Origin: Chthoniobacteraceae bacterium
GTDB taxonomy: Bacteria > Verrucomicrobiota > Verrucomicrobiia > Chthoniobacterales > Chthoniobacteraceae
NCBI GenBank assembly: GCA_031409655.1
Contig: JANNXQ010000303.1
Span: 1-13,620, forward strand
Reading direction: 5' to 3'
Length of the DNA stretch: 13,620 nucleotides
Under the pieces are notes generated by a model. That model was not told the DNA's origin and made no database searches. It saw only the letters and a list, made by a program, of their open reading frames with translations. The number at the start of each line of letters is the position of its first letter. Position 1 is the first letter of the stretch. Below, piece by piece: positions 1 through 8,068 of this stretch. Made by a program: the position numbers and the translations under genes.

Positions 1-39
1 CCGGCGTAAAATGTCGTTCGTGCCACGGCCGTTAACCGC

Positions 40-101
40 CATGGAGCAGGGGCGCCCACCCCCCAAGTCACGACCCGGGGCGAGGGCGCCCCTACTCCTT
101 G
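40..101. repeat. Family A REPIN-like palindromic doublet, copy 1 (probably intergenic, upstream of folP)
   Basis: 25-bp inverted arms 40-64 and 77-101 (4 mismatches), 12-nt spacer AAGTCACGACCC; matches the copies at 6826, 10076 and 12163. Confidence 0.9.
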
Positions 102-128
102 TGGGGAAGCAAACCGCCAGTGTGTGCG

Positions 129-950
129 ATGAAGCTGAAAGCTCGCGGAATCGAACTCACCTGGCCACGCCGCCCGCTGATCATGGGCATCGTGAATCTC
201 TCGGTGGATTCCTTTTCCGGCGATGGACTCGCGGACGTGGAGGCGGCTCTGGCCAAGGCCCGGCAGTTCATCGCGGATGGCGCGGACATCATCGACATCG
301 GCGCCGAGAGCGCGCGCACGAATCGCGCAGCCATCGCCGAAAGCGAAGAGGCGGCGCGGCTCGTGAGCTTCATCGAACGCTGGGACTTCCCTCTCCTTTC
401 CGTGAATACCTGGCGTCCCGCCGTCGCCCGCGCCGCGCTCAACGTCGGCGGCCACCTGCTCAATGACATCAGCGGACTGCCAACTGATGAAAACGCCCGC
501 ATCTGCGCGGAAACTGGCGCGGCCCTCCTCATCATGCACAGCATCGGCGAACCAAAGGTGCCGCATACCCACGTGGGCTACGCTGATGTGCTGGCGCGTC
601 TCGAAGAGTTTTTCGCCGCGAAGATCGCTCTGGCGGCAAGCGCGGGCGTCGCGCGCGACGCCCTGATTCTCGATCCGGGCATCGATTTCGCCAAGCAGCG
701 CGACGACAACCTGCGGATCTATCGGGAGCTCGATCGGCTCCAACGCTTCGAGCGGCCGATCCTCCTCCCGGTCTCGCGGAAGACAGTGATCGGCGACGTG
801 CTCGGCATCAAAGATCCCGCCGCACGCGATGCCGGGACCATCGCTTGCATCGTGCAGGGCATGCTCCGCGGCGCTTCCATTTTCCGCGTCCACAATGTCC
901 GCGCGGCGGCGCAGGCCGTGCGGATGATTGAGGCCGTCGAGACCGCCTGA
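129..950 (+). CDS. folP: Dihydropteroate synthase (273 aa from ATG 129)
   Basis: DHPS motifs IMGIVN..DSFS, GADIIDIGAES, LLNDISG, LIMH, LILDPG, SRK and IFRVHNV. ATG at 129 preferred over the upstream non-ATG start at 99, which overlaps the end of the palindromic repeat. Confidence 0.95.
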   Translation: MKLKARGIELTWPRRPLIMGIVNLSVDSFSGDGLADVEAALAKARQFIADGADIIDIGAESARTNRAAIAESEEAARLVSFIERWDFPLLSVNTWRPAVARAALNVGGHLLNDISGLPTDENARICAETGAALLIMHSIGEPKVPHTHVGYADVLARLEEFFAAKIALAASAGVARDALILDPGIDFAKQRDDNLRIYRELDRLQRFERPILLPVSRKTVIGDVLGIKDPAARDAGTIACIVQGMLRGASIFRVHNVRAAAQAVRMIEAVETA

Positions 951-958
951 CGGCGAAA

Positions 959-1735
959 TCACGCAGGCCGAACCGGAACCCCCTGCCCGGCGAGGAAGCG
1001 CTTCACATCGCCCACCGTGTATTCGCCAAAGTGGAAGATGCTCGCAGCGAGCACGGCATCGGCGCGACCTTCCGCCAGCACCTCCGCCAGGTGGAGCAGT
1101 GAACCCGCGCCACCGCTCGCCACCACGGGAACGCCGACGGCTTCGCTGATCCGGCGCGTGATCACGAGATCGTAGCCAGCCTTCGTGCCATCGGCGTCGA
1201 TGGAATTCAGCACGATCTCCCCGGCTCCGAGCGCCACCGCCCGTTCGGCCCACGCTGTCGCCTCCAAGCCAGCTGGCTTGCGCCCGCCTTGCACGAAGAC
1301 CTCCCAGCGATCCGGGGCCGTCTGCTTGCAATCAATACTCACTACGATGCACTGGCTGCCAAAACGCTCCGCGCCCGCGCTGATCAGTTCAGGTGTCGCG
1401 ATCGCGCTGGAGTTGATGCTGATCTTGTCCGCCCCAGCGCGGAGCATCGCGTGCATGTCGTCCGTCGTGCGGATGCCGCCGCCCACGGTCAGCGGCATGA
1501 AGCAGTGCGCGGCGGTGCGCTCGATCACTTCGATCATCGTCCCGCGGCCGTGGGCGCTCGCGGTGATATCGAAAAAGACCATCTCGTCCGCGCCTTGCTC
1601 GTTGTAGCGGATCGCGAGTTCCACGGGATCGCCGACGTTGCGCAGCCCCCCGTCCTCCGCCCGCCCGAATTGCACGCCGCGCGTTACTTTACCGTCGTGG
1701 ACGTCGAGACAGGGGATGACGCGTTTCGTGAGCAT
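959..1735 (-). CDS. hisF: Imidazole glycerol phosphate synthase cyclase subunit HisF (258 aa)
   Basis: [91 protein letters not shown]. Start placed at the ATG giving the canonical MLxKR(I/V)IPCLD N-terminus. Confidence 0.97.
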   Translation of the reverse strand: MLTKRVIPCLDVHDGKVTRGVQFGRAEDGGLRNVGDPVELAIRYNEQGADEMVFFDITASAHGRGTMIEVIERTAAHCFMPLTVGGGIRTTDDMHAMLRAGADKISINSSAIATPELISAGAERFGSQCIVVSIDCKQTAPDRWEVFVQGGRKPAGLEATAWAERAVALGAGEIVLNSIDADGTKAGYDLVITRRISEAVGVPVVASGGAGSLLHLAEVLAEGRADAVLAASIFHFGEYTVGDVKRFLAGQGVPVRPA

Positions 1736-1794
1736 GGAGAAAAGGGGACGTTGGGAGATGGATGCGAGGACCGCGATGGCTGCGAACAAGAGGA

Positions 1795-1823
1795 TTGACG
1801 GACGGACGAACGTTTCCTAAACG
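1795..1823 (+). promoter_or_regulatory. Possible sigma70-type promoter for the DUF4912 gene
   Basis: TTGACG (1795-1800), 17-bp spacer, TAAACG (1818-1823) in the hisF/DUF4912 divergent gap. The -10 box lacks the conserved final T. Confidence 0.3.
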
Positions 1824-1876
1824 AGCACGTCTCGCCGCGCGACTCTCAAAGGAAAAACCGTTCATTCAAACTCACC

Positions 1877-3118
1877 ATGTCCAATAAGAAACCCGAAGCC
1901 GAAGCCTCCACGCAATTGCCAAGCAACGCTGCTGAAGCAAAAAAGCCCGGGCCTTTTCACCTGGCTCCAGAGCCAATGGATTCGGAGTCGGGCGCGGAGG
2001 AGGCGCACAAATTCGACATCGGCAGCCAGGCCCAGGATAACGCGCCCGCAGCTTCGTCCTCGACGCCAGCGCCCGCCTTTGAAGATCTGGGCGATCTCCC
2101 CACGAGCTATCAGGAGGACGTGCTCTACCTCGTGGCGCGCGATCCGCACTGGCTTTTCTGTTATTGGGATTTTGATTGGGCCCGGGTGCCGCGCGGGGAC
2201 TTCCGGGGCGGAGTGCCGCAATTTTTCCTGAAGATCACGAGCGGGGGCGTCGAAGCCGCCCTCGTGGAAATCCGCCCCGAGGCGCGCAACTGGTACGTGC
2301 CCGCCGGGAAACCGGCCACGAGCTACGCGGCGGAACTGGGCTGGTTTGACCAGGCCGGGACCTGGCACCGGGTGGTGCAATCCCGCCCCACCACCACCCC
2401 GGCAGACGAACTCGCGCCGGAACAACTCGCGACGGAGTTTGCCACGGTGCCGTCGCACATTGCCTTTGATCGGATGCTCGAGATGGTCCGCTGTCGCATG
2501 GAGGAAGGTGAGACGCTGCTCGAAGCCGTGTCCCGCATTTCCACGGAAGGCCGGATCGAATTTTCCGCCGGCAAAGCGCCCTCCTGGACTGACGAGCAGA
2601 AGCGCCTCCTTGCCGCGCTGCTCGGCGCGTCACTCGTCGATCGCGCAGGCCTCGGCTCCGCCGAGCTCGATCAACTTCTCCGCAAACATCTCCACGAGAA
2701 ACTCTCCAGCGAATCCGCCAGCGAACTCTCCCTGCGGCTCATCGAATCGCTTGCGCCCGGCACCTCCAGCCTCTTCAGCGGCATCGGCGCGAGTTGGAGT
2801 GCGCAGCCTTTCAGCGTTCATCGCGAGCGCGGATTCTACATGCATGTGAATGCGGAAATCATCTTCTACGGCGGCACGCACCCCGACGCGACGGTCTGGA
2901 TCGACGGCCAGGAGATCAAGCTCAGCCCCGACGGCAACTTCCGCTATCACTTCAAATTGCCCGATGGCGAGTACGCCATCCCGATCGTCGCGCAGTCACC
3001 CGACAAGGTGGAGAAGCGCACGGCCACGCTCAGTTTCACCCGTGGCACGGTGCGCGTGGGCAGTGTCGCGGAGACCGGCCAGCCGCCGTATCTCGATCCG
3101 CTCATCGGCCGGAAGTAG
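1877..3118 (+). CDS. DUF4912 domain-containing protein (413 aa), function unknown
   Basis: Recalled DUF4912 signature LPxSYxEDxLxLxARDPHWLFCYWD...RNWYV...YxAELG...SxxxxTP, with a C-terminal RGFYMHVNAEIIFYGGTHPDATVWIDG..I.L.PDG.FR..F.LPDG block and an acidic, disordered-looking N-terminus. Confidence 0.85.
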   Translation: MSNKKPEAEASTQLPSNAAEAKKPGPFHLAPEPMDSESGAEEAHKFDIGSQAQDNAPAASSSTPAPAFEDLGDLPTSYQEDVLYLVARDPHWLFCYWDFDWARVPRGDFRGGVPQFFLKITSGGVEAALVEIRPEARNWYVPAGKPATSYAAELGWFDQAGTWHRVVQSRPTTTPADELAPEQLATEFATVPSHIAFDRMLEMVRCRMEEGETLLEAVSRISTEGRIEFSAGKAPSWTDEQKRLLAALLGASLVDRAGLGSAELDQLLRKHLHEKLSSESASELSLRLIESLAPGTSSLFSGIGASWSAQPFSVHRERGFYMHVNAEIIFYGGTHPDATVWIDGQEIKLSPDGNFRYHFKLPDGEYAIPIVAQSPDKVEKRTATLSFTRGTVRVGSVAETGQPPYLDPLIGRK

Positions 3119-3128
3119 GCGCCTACTT
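3113..3128. repeat. Perfect 16-bp palindrome AAGTAGGCGCCTACTT spanning the stop codons of two convergent genes
   Basis: Read directly: both genes end AAG TAG and are separated by GCGC. Confidence 0.85.
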
Positions 3129-6100
3129 GGGGGTCGCCGCGGGTCCGGCCAGGAGTTGCTTCACCGCGTTTGCCACCTCCGCTGCACCGTCGGGGCTGAA
3201 GCCGGTCTTCACCCAGGCGACGTTGCCGTCTGGCCCGACGATCACGGTATGCGGGATGCCCTCGACTCCGTATTGGCGCGCCACCTTTTGGCCGGCATCC
3301 AGGGCGACATTAAATTTCCACCCGCGCGCCTCGAGGAAGCGTTTCACCTGCTCCGCGGGCTCGCTCTGGTTCACGCCGAGCAGGGTCACGCGCTCCGGCG
3401 GAAAAGCCGACATCGTCTCGATCAGTGCGGGCAATGACTTGATACACGGCCCGCACCACGTCGCCCAAAAGTCGAGGACGACCACCTTCCCCTTCCACTG
3501 CGCGAGGTCGAAGTCGCCGCCGCCGAGCAACGGCAGAATGAAAGTCTTCGCCACCTTGCCGAGCGCGGGGGAGCTTTCGCCGCCGGATTCCGGCAGCACC
3601 GGTTCCGGGGCATCGACGAGCCGCCAGTCGGCAAGCGACTTCATCGTCGGGGTGGCTTCGGGCGGAGTGGTGCGGATGGTGTGGATCTGGTCCAGCGGAA
3701 TCCGGCAGCGTCCGAACGCAGGATGACTTCCGATGACTGCGTCCGGCGCAAACTTTTCCACCGCCAGACCGAGCCGCGCGCCGCTCGTGAGCAGGAGCCA
3801 GTGGGTCGGCGAACCGAGCACGCCGCCAAACTCCGCCGCGAGCACGGCGGCGAGTTTCTCGTGATTGGCCGGTGAATTCGTCACCGTGAGATGGCCGGTC
3901 TTTGGCTGCCAAATCACTTTGGATTCATTCGAGAAGAGGACGCCTCGGCTGGCGAGGGTCGCCTGCGCCGAGGCCTCGAAAGGAAACGCGGACGGCCGCA
4001 GCCAATACATCTTCTCCCGCAATTCCGGCGCTGCCGACGCTGCCCCTTCGAGCACTTCGAGGATGATGGTGTCGTTTTCCACGCGGTGGCGCAGTCCGAA
4101 TTGACCGCAGATTTGATCGAGCGCTTCCGCCACCGTCTGTCCCCCAAACTGCATCGTGATTCGGACGGAACCAATCGGATCGGGCAGTCTGAACTTCAGG
4201 CCGCTGACCTCCCTCTGCAGCACGCCGGTCAGCGTGCCCAGACTCGCCCCGCTGTAGCGGATGTTTCGCGTGAGCCTCTGCTCGAGCAGTTTGAGGGCGG
4301 TATTCTGAGTCGCAGGCGGCGGCGCGTCCTTGTCGGGCTTCTTCAGCCAGATCGCCGCCTGCACGCGGTCACGCGGAACGCGGAGATTTTCCAGTCCGGA
4401 ACGGAAGCCAAAGTGGCTCGCCGTGGCCGCTTCGATCTCGCCGCGCAGGACGTCGCCATTCGTCGCGAGCAGGGCATGCCGTGGCGGATCGTCTTTGCGG
4501 AAACGCGGGATGGTCAGGGCCTGGAGCTTCGCATCCACACTCACCTCCGGCAGCCAGGCACGACCGGGATTGGAGGTTGCGGAAAAATCCTTCAGGGTCA
4601 CCGCCCGGACGGTATTACCCCAGGCGCTCGCCGGTTCGATGACGAGCCCCGCACCCGCACGTTTAGTAGGACTGATGGCAATTTTACGCGCCAGCACGTC
4701 GTTGAAAAACAGCTCCACCTGTTTGTCTGAAATGCTCAGGCGGACGGCGACGGACTGGCCTTGGTCGATGGTCATCTGTTGCTCGTGGTCGAGTAGGCCA
4801 TCCGTCGATTCGATGCCCGAATAGAGGCGGCCGCCCATATTTCCCATGACCAGATTGGTCGATTGGGCGCTCTCCGTCCCCGCGCAGAACAAGCGCAGTC
4901 GGATCACTGCGAAGCTCGCCGCATTGAATGAGAACTTGATCTCGCTGCTCTGCAATACCGAGGGATGCCCGATGGCCGTGCCCGCATCCATGCTCAGCGA
5001 GTCTTCCTTTTTGCGAACGCCCGGCTCGGTGCCTTTCACAATCCGCCAGCCGGCATCGCCAAAACCACGCAAGTTCCGCCCGCCGCCGCCTCCAAATTGA
5101 ATCGCGTCGAGGGTCTCGACCGGCAGCTTCGTCACCTCGACGACCCCTGAATCAATCTCCACGCCAGTGCGGTCGAGGCTGCGCAGGATCCCCGGGAGGA
5201 CATCGCCGCTCTGCATGTAAAAAAGCGCGAGAGCCCCGAGCGGTTCGGCGATCGGAAGAGGGGCGCGCCGGATTTCACTCTCCAGCCCCTTTGCCGGGAG
5301 TGCCGGTCTCACCCCGCCCACGGGCAGCCAGCGCAGCCTCGCATCACCGGTGCTCGCGAGCTTTCCGTGGAGCGTCAGCTTGGGCAGGACGAGCGTGTCC
5401 CATTCGGTCAGCGGCGGCTCGGGCGCGACGGCGTCGGACTTTTTCGTCTGCCGGAGGAGCTGACGCAGCCCCGCCATCTGCGAGCCGAGTAGCTCCGCCG
5501 AAAATCCAGTGCGCAGCGCGACCCGACCATCCTTGATCGCGACCATGCCCCCGTGCAGCAGCGTGCCGTCGCCAAAAACGAGGGTCGTATCGACTTCCAC
5601 CTTTTGAGGCAGGTCCGCGGAAAAGACCAATGCGTCCACTTCACTCAACGGATGGCTCACTCCAGAATCCTGGCCCGCGGTCTTGAGCGAGATCGCGCCG
5701 TCCGCGCCCGCGCCGATCTGGCCCTCGACTGTCCGGCCATCGGAAAACTCCACCCGCGGAAACTTTCCGGAAGTCTTCGCCGGAGCCTTGCCGTCCCATT
5801 TCCGCACCCGCAGAAATTCCAGAGAGAGGTCGCGCCCTTTGTTTTGCAGCACCACTTGTTGGTTCGCGTTGCTCGCATCCGGCGGCACTTCCCACTCGAC
5901 CATCGGCTCTCCCGTTACCGTGAAGACGGAGCATTTCTGCGCCTTCCGATCCCAGCAGATGCGCAAGGCCACTTCGCGATCGCTATCGACCAGCGTGCGG
6001 ATGCTCTTGAAGCTGCGGCCCGCCGTGACCACCAGTTCATCGTCCCATGTTTCGACCCGCAGGCGATGCTTCCCGCCAGCCCCGAGCGAAAGTTGGAAGT

Positions 6101-6932
6101 CCGGCCGTTTGGTGGACCGCACGCGAAACTCCACATCCACCAACTCCGGCAGCACCACGTCGAGCGCGGCGCCGCGATTCCAGTAGGGCAACTCCAGCGC
6201 CCCGGCGGCCCCGGTGCGGAGGAGGGGAACTTGCGACGCCAGCGCGGTGACGTTTTTCGTGGTGTCGGCCACGATCCGCCAGCGCGATTCCCCCGCCGGG
6301 CCCGCTGCGATCAGGCTTCCACCCGTGAGCCGGCGCGCACTGAGCACCTCGGAACGCTTCAGCGCGACCTCGCCGTGCCGGGCACTGCGGACCGTGATCG
6401 TCGCCTCCGACACCGCCACGACGTTGCCGAAAAGATGACTCCCATCGCGCAGCGCAAAGCTAAAGGGCTCGCTGCTCGTCGCCGGCTCCAGCACCCGATC
6501 GATCCGGCGCAGCGCCGACCACTGCAAGACCAGCGGCTCATCAAAGAACGGAGATCGCCAGGTGAGTTCGGTCGCGCTCGCCTCGACGGGCTCACCAGCG
6601 AGGGATTCGCCGTTGTTCCAGCGGAGCGTGGCACCATCCGACGCGGGCGTGGCTTTGATCAATGCGGCCGTGGCCGGACTGAGATTGATGACCCGGATCC
6701 GCCGGCCGTCGGCTGCTTTGCGGAGTTGGAGGAGGAGTTCGTCTTCCGCACCGGTCCCGGTCGCGGAAAGTGCGACGAGGAGCAGCCAGACGAACAGTGC
6801 GAAACGTGCGGCGGCGGGCCGGACCCAAGGAGCAGGGGCGCCCCCGCCCCGTGGAGATACTCGGGGCGAAGGCGCCCCTGCTCCTTGACCTCGTCGCGCA
6901 CGGTCAGTTTGCAAATACGCCCTGTCCTTCAT
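3123..6932 (-). CDS. Large exported multidomain protein (1269 aa) with C-terminal TlpA/ResA-like thioredoxin domain
   Basis: C-terminal KGKVVVLDFWATWCGPC...YGVEGIPHTVIVGPDG (WCGPC at 3444-3458). N-terminal hydrophobic signal-like stretch FALFVWLLLVALSA. Start ATG 6932 overlaps the upstream TGA (ATGA, 6929-6932); the ORF-track extension to 7076 overlaps the upstream gene. Confidence 0.85.
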   Translation of the reverse strand: MKDRAYLQTDRARRGQGAGAPSPRVSPRGGGAPAPWVRPAAARFALFVWLLLVALSATGTGAEDELLLQLRKAADGRRIRVINLSPATAALIKATPASDGATLRWNNGESLAGEPVEASATELTWRSPFFDEPLVLQWSALRRIDRVLEPATSSEPFSFALRDGSHLFGNVVAVSEATITVRSARHGEVALKRSEVLSARRLTGGSLIAAGPAGESRWRIVADTTKNVTALASQVPLLRTGAAGALELPYWNRGAALDVVLPELVDVEFRVRSTKRPDFQLSLGAGGKHRLRVETWDDELVVTAGRSFKSIRTLVDSDREVALRICWDRKAQKCSVFTVTGEPMVEWEVPPDASNANQQVVLQNKGRDLSLEFLRVRKWDGKAPAKTSGKFPRVEFSDGRTVEGQIGAGADGAISLKTAGQDSGVSHPLSEVDALVFSADLPQKVEVDTTLVFGDGTLLHGGMVAIKDGRVALRTGFSAELLGSQMAGLRQLLRQTKKSDAVAPEPPLTEWDTLVLPKLTLHGKLASTGDARLRWLPVGGVRPALPAKGLESEIRRAPLPIAEPLGALALFYMQSGDVLPGILRSLDRTGVEIDSGVVEVTKLPVETLDAIQFGGGGGRNLRGFGDAGWRIVKGTEPGVRKKEDSLSMDAGTAIGHPSVLQSSEIKFSFNAASFAVIRLRLFCAGTESAQSTNLVMGNMGGRLYSGIESTDGLLDHEQQMTIDQGQSVAVRLSISDKQVELFFNDVLARKIAISPTKRAGAGLVIEPASAWGNTVRAVTLKDFSATSNPGRAWLPEVSVDAKLQALTIPRFRKDDPPRHALLATNGDVLRGEIEAATASHFGFRSGLENLRVPRDRVQAAIWLKKPDKDAPPPATQNTALKLLEQRLTRNIRYSGASLGTLTGVLQREVSGLKFRLPDPIGSVRITMQFGGQTVAEALDQICGQFGLRHRVENDTIILEVLEGAASAAPELREKMYWLRPSAFPFEASAQATLASRGVLFSNESKVIWQPKTGHLTVTNSPANHEKLAAVLAAEFGGVLGSPTHWLLLTSGARLGLAVEKFAPDAVIGSHPAFGRCRIPLDQIHTIRTTPPEATPTMKSLADWRLVDAPEPVLPESGGESSPALGKVAKTFILPLLGGGDFDLAQWKGKVVVLDFWATWCGPCIKSLPALIETMSAFPPERVTLLGVNQSEPAEQVKRFLEARGWKFNVALDAGQKVARQYGVEGIPHTVIVGPDGNVAWVKTGFSPDGAAEVANAVKQLLAGPAATPK
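6826..6887. repeat. Family A REPIN-like palindromic doublet, copy 2 (in frame in N-terminus of the TlpA-domain gene)
   Basis: Arms 6826-6850 and 6863-6887 (2 mismatches), spacer GTGGAGATACTC; translates as QGAGAPSPRVSPRGGGAPAPW. Confidence 0.95.
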
Positions 6933-8068
6933 CGTTCGTAGATCGGCAGAAACCGATAGTTCAGCGCCAGCGCGAGGAGCGACATGCCCGTGCCATACGC
7001 GCCCTGGCCGATCGCGCCATCCTCGCCTTGCAGTTCGTGCAGTTCCCGCACCTTGGCTCCGTTCCACTTTTGCCACGCCGCGTAGTCGCCTTGAAAGAGT
7101 GCCTGCGCCATGTAGTAGCGATTGTATTCCGGGTAACTCGTTTCGCGCTGTTCGAGTCCTTCCACGATCCGCTTGAGGCTGGCCTTGTATTGCTCCGTTT
7201 CCTTGGTCTTGGAAATCGCCCCGACCAGCGCCGAGATCGCCGAGAGATTCATCGAGCCGCCCATGCCCCCCAGCCCGCCGGAGTACGCCACCGAACCATC
7301 CTTACCCGTGCTCCGGCGCATGTATTCCATGGCGGCGTCCACCATCTCGTCCGCCACCTCCAGACCAGCATTCCGCGCCGCGAGCAGACCCATCAGCACC
7401 GCTCCCGTGACGGACGTATCGGCATCCGTCGCATCGGGCGAGTAGCGCCAGCCGCCCCACTTGTTCTTCTTCTGCGCAGTGGCCGCACAGCGGATCGCCA
7501 GCTCCAGCGTCGCGCCGATGCTCCGAACCGCCTTCTCGCCCTCCCAGAGCAGCACCTCATCGACCGAGCCATACGCTTCGCACAGCGCGAGCAGCGCAAA
7601 GCCGTGGTGATACATGCTGTCCGGCAGATAGCCGGTCTTCTCATCCTGCCGGCGGATGATCGAGCGGATCGCCCGGCGGATCGTCGCCGCATGGCGCCCG
7701 TAGTTCGGATCGTCGCCGCTTGCGAGGAAGGCCATGAGACAAATGCCATCGACGCCCGCGCCTTCGTTACTCCCCTTCCACGAGCCTTCCTCGGATTGCG
7801 CCCCGGCCAGCCAGGTGAGCCCACGTTCATAGACGGTCTCCACCTCCGGCGGAATCTGTCCGCCAAAGCGGAGGGTGGAATCCTGCGCCAGTGCAGTCGC
7901 GGCAAAGAGAAGGAGGAGCGCGCAGATCATCCCTGGGAGCGCCTCCGTCCCCGTGCGGCCTCGGGCCCATCGCGCAGCGCAAATCACTCCGGGGCACGAT
8001 CGAAGTTTGCGCTGCGCGCATCGGAAGATTGCCGCACGGGGACGGCGGCGCTCCCACGTCGCGCTCAT
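6929..8068 (-). CDS. Exported prenyltransferase/squalene-oxidase (QW) repeat protein (379 aa from 8068; alternative start 7930 gives 333 aa)
   Basis: QW-type motifs WLAGAQSEEGSW, IIRRQDEKTG, GGWRY..DADTSVT, LQGEDG; also SMYHHGFALLALCEAYG. Signal-like ICALLLLFAATALAQ. ATG 8068 overlaps the upstream TGA and is preceded by GAAGGAGAAAAAGGA (SD-like). Confidence 0.85.
   Translation of the reverse strand: MSATWERRRPRAAIFRCAQRKLRSCPGVICAARWARGRTGTEALPGMICALLLLFAATALAQDSTLRFGGQIPPEVETVYERGLTWLAGAQSEEGSWKGSNEGAGVDGICLMAFLASGDDPNYGRHAATIRRAIRSIIRRQDEKTGYLPDSMYHHGFALLALCEAYGSVDEVLLWEGEKAVRSIGATLELAIRCAATAQKKNKWGGWRYSPDATDADTSVTGAVLMGLLAARNAGLEVADEMVDAAMEYMRRSTGKDGSVAYSGGLGGMGGSMNLSAISALVGAISKTKETEQYKASLKRIVEGLEQRETSYPEYNRYYMAQALFQGDYAAWQKWNGAKVRELHELQGEDGAIGQGAYGTGMSLLALALNYRFLPIYER
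7934..8056. repeat. Family B 123-bp nested palindrome (REPIN-like), in N-terminus of the QW-repeat gene
   Basis: Outer arms 7934-7959 TGGGAGCGCCTCCGTCCCCGTGCGGC and 8031-8056 (1 mismatch in 26). Perfect 13-bp inner arms 7971-7983 CGCGCAGCGCAAA and 8006-8018. Single copy in the window. Confidence 0.85.

Noticed and set aside
11..466. 151-aa ORF reading through repeat copy 1
   Set aside because: Overlaps folP out of frame and is Arg/Gly-rich with no domain, so it is not counted as a further coding insertion.
129..950. sul-type acquired sulfonamide resistance gene
   Set aside because: Lacks the Sul-type insertion after DPG (DPGMGFFL-like) and has a housekeeping context with no mobile-element signature.
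948..961. Terminator between convergent folP and hisF
   Set aside because: Only an 8-bp gap with no hairpin or T-run.
6929..8068. Squalene-hopene cyclase (shc)
   Set aside because: Too short, exported and lacking DXDD.
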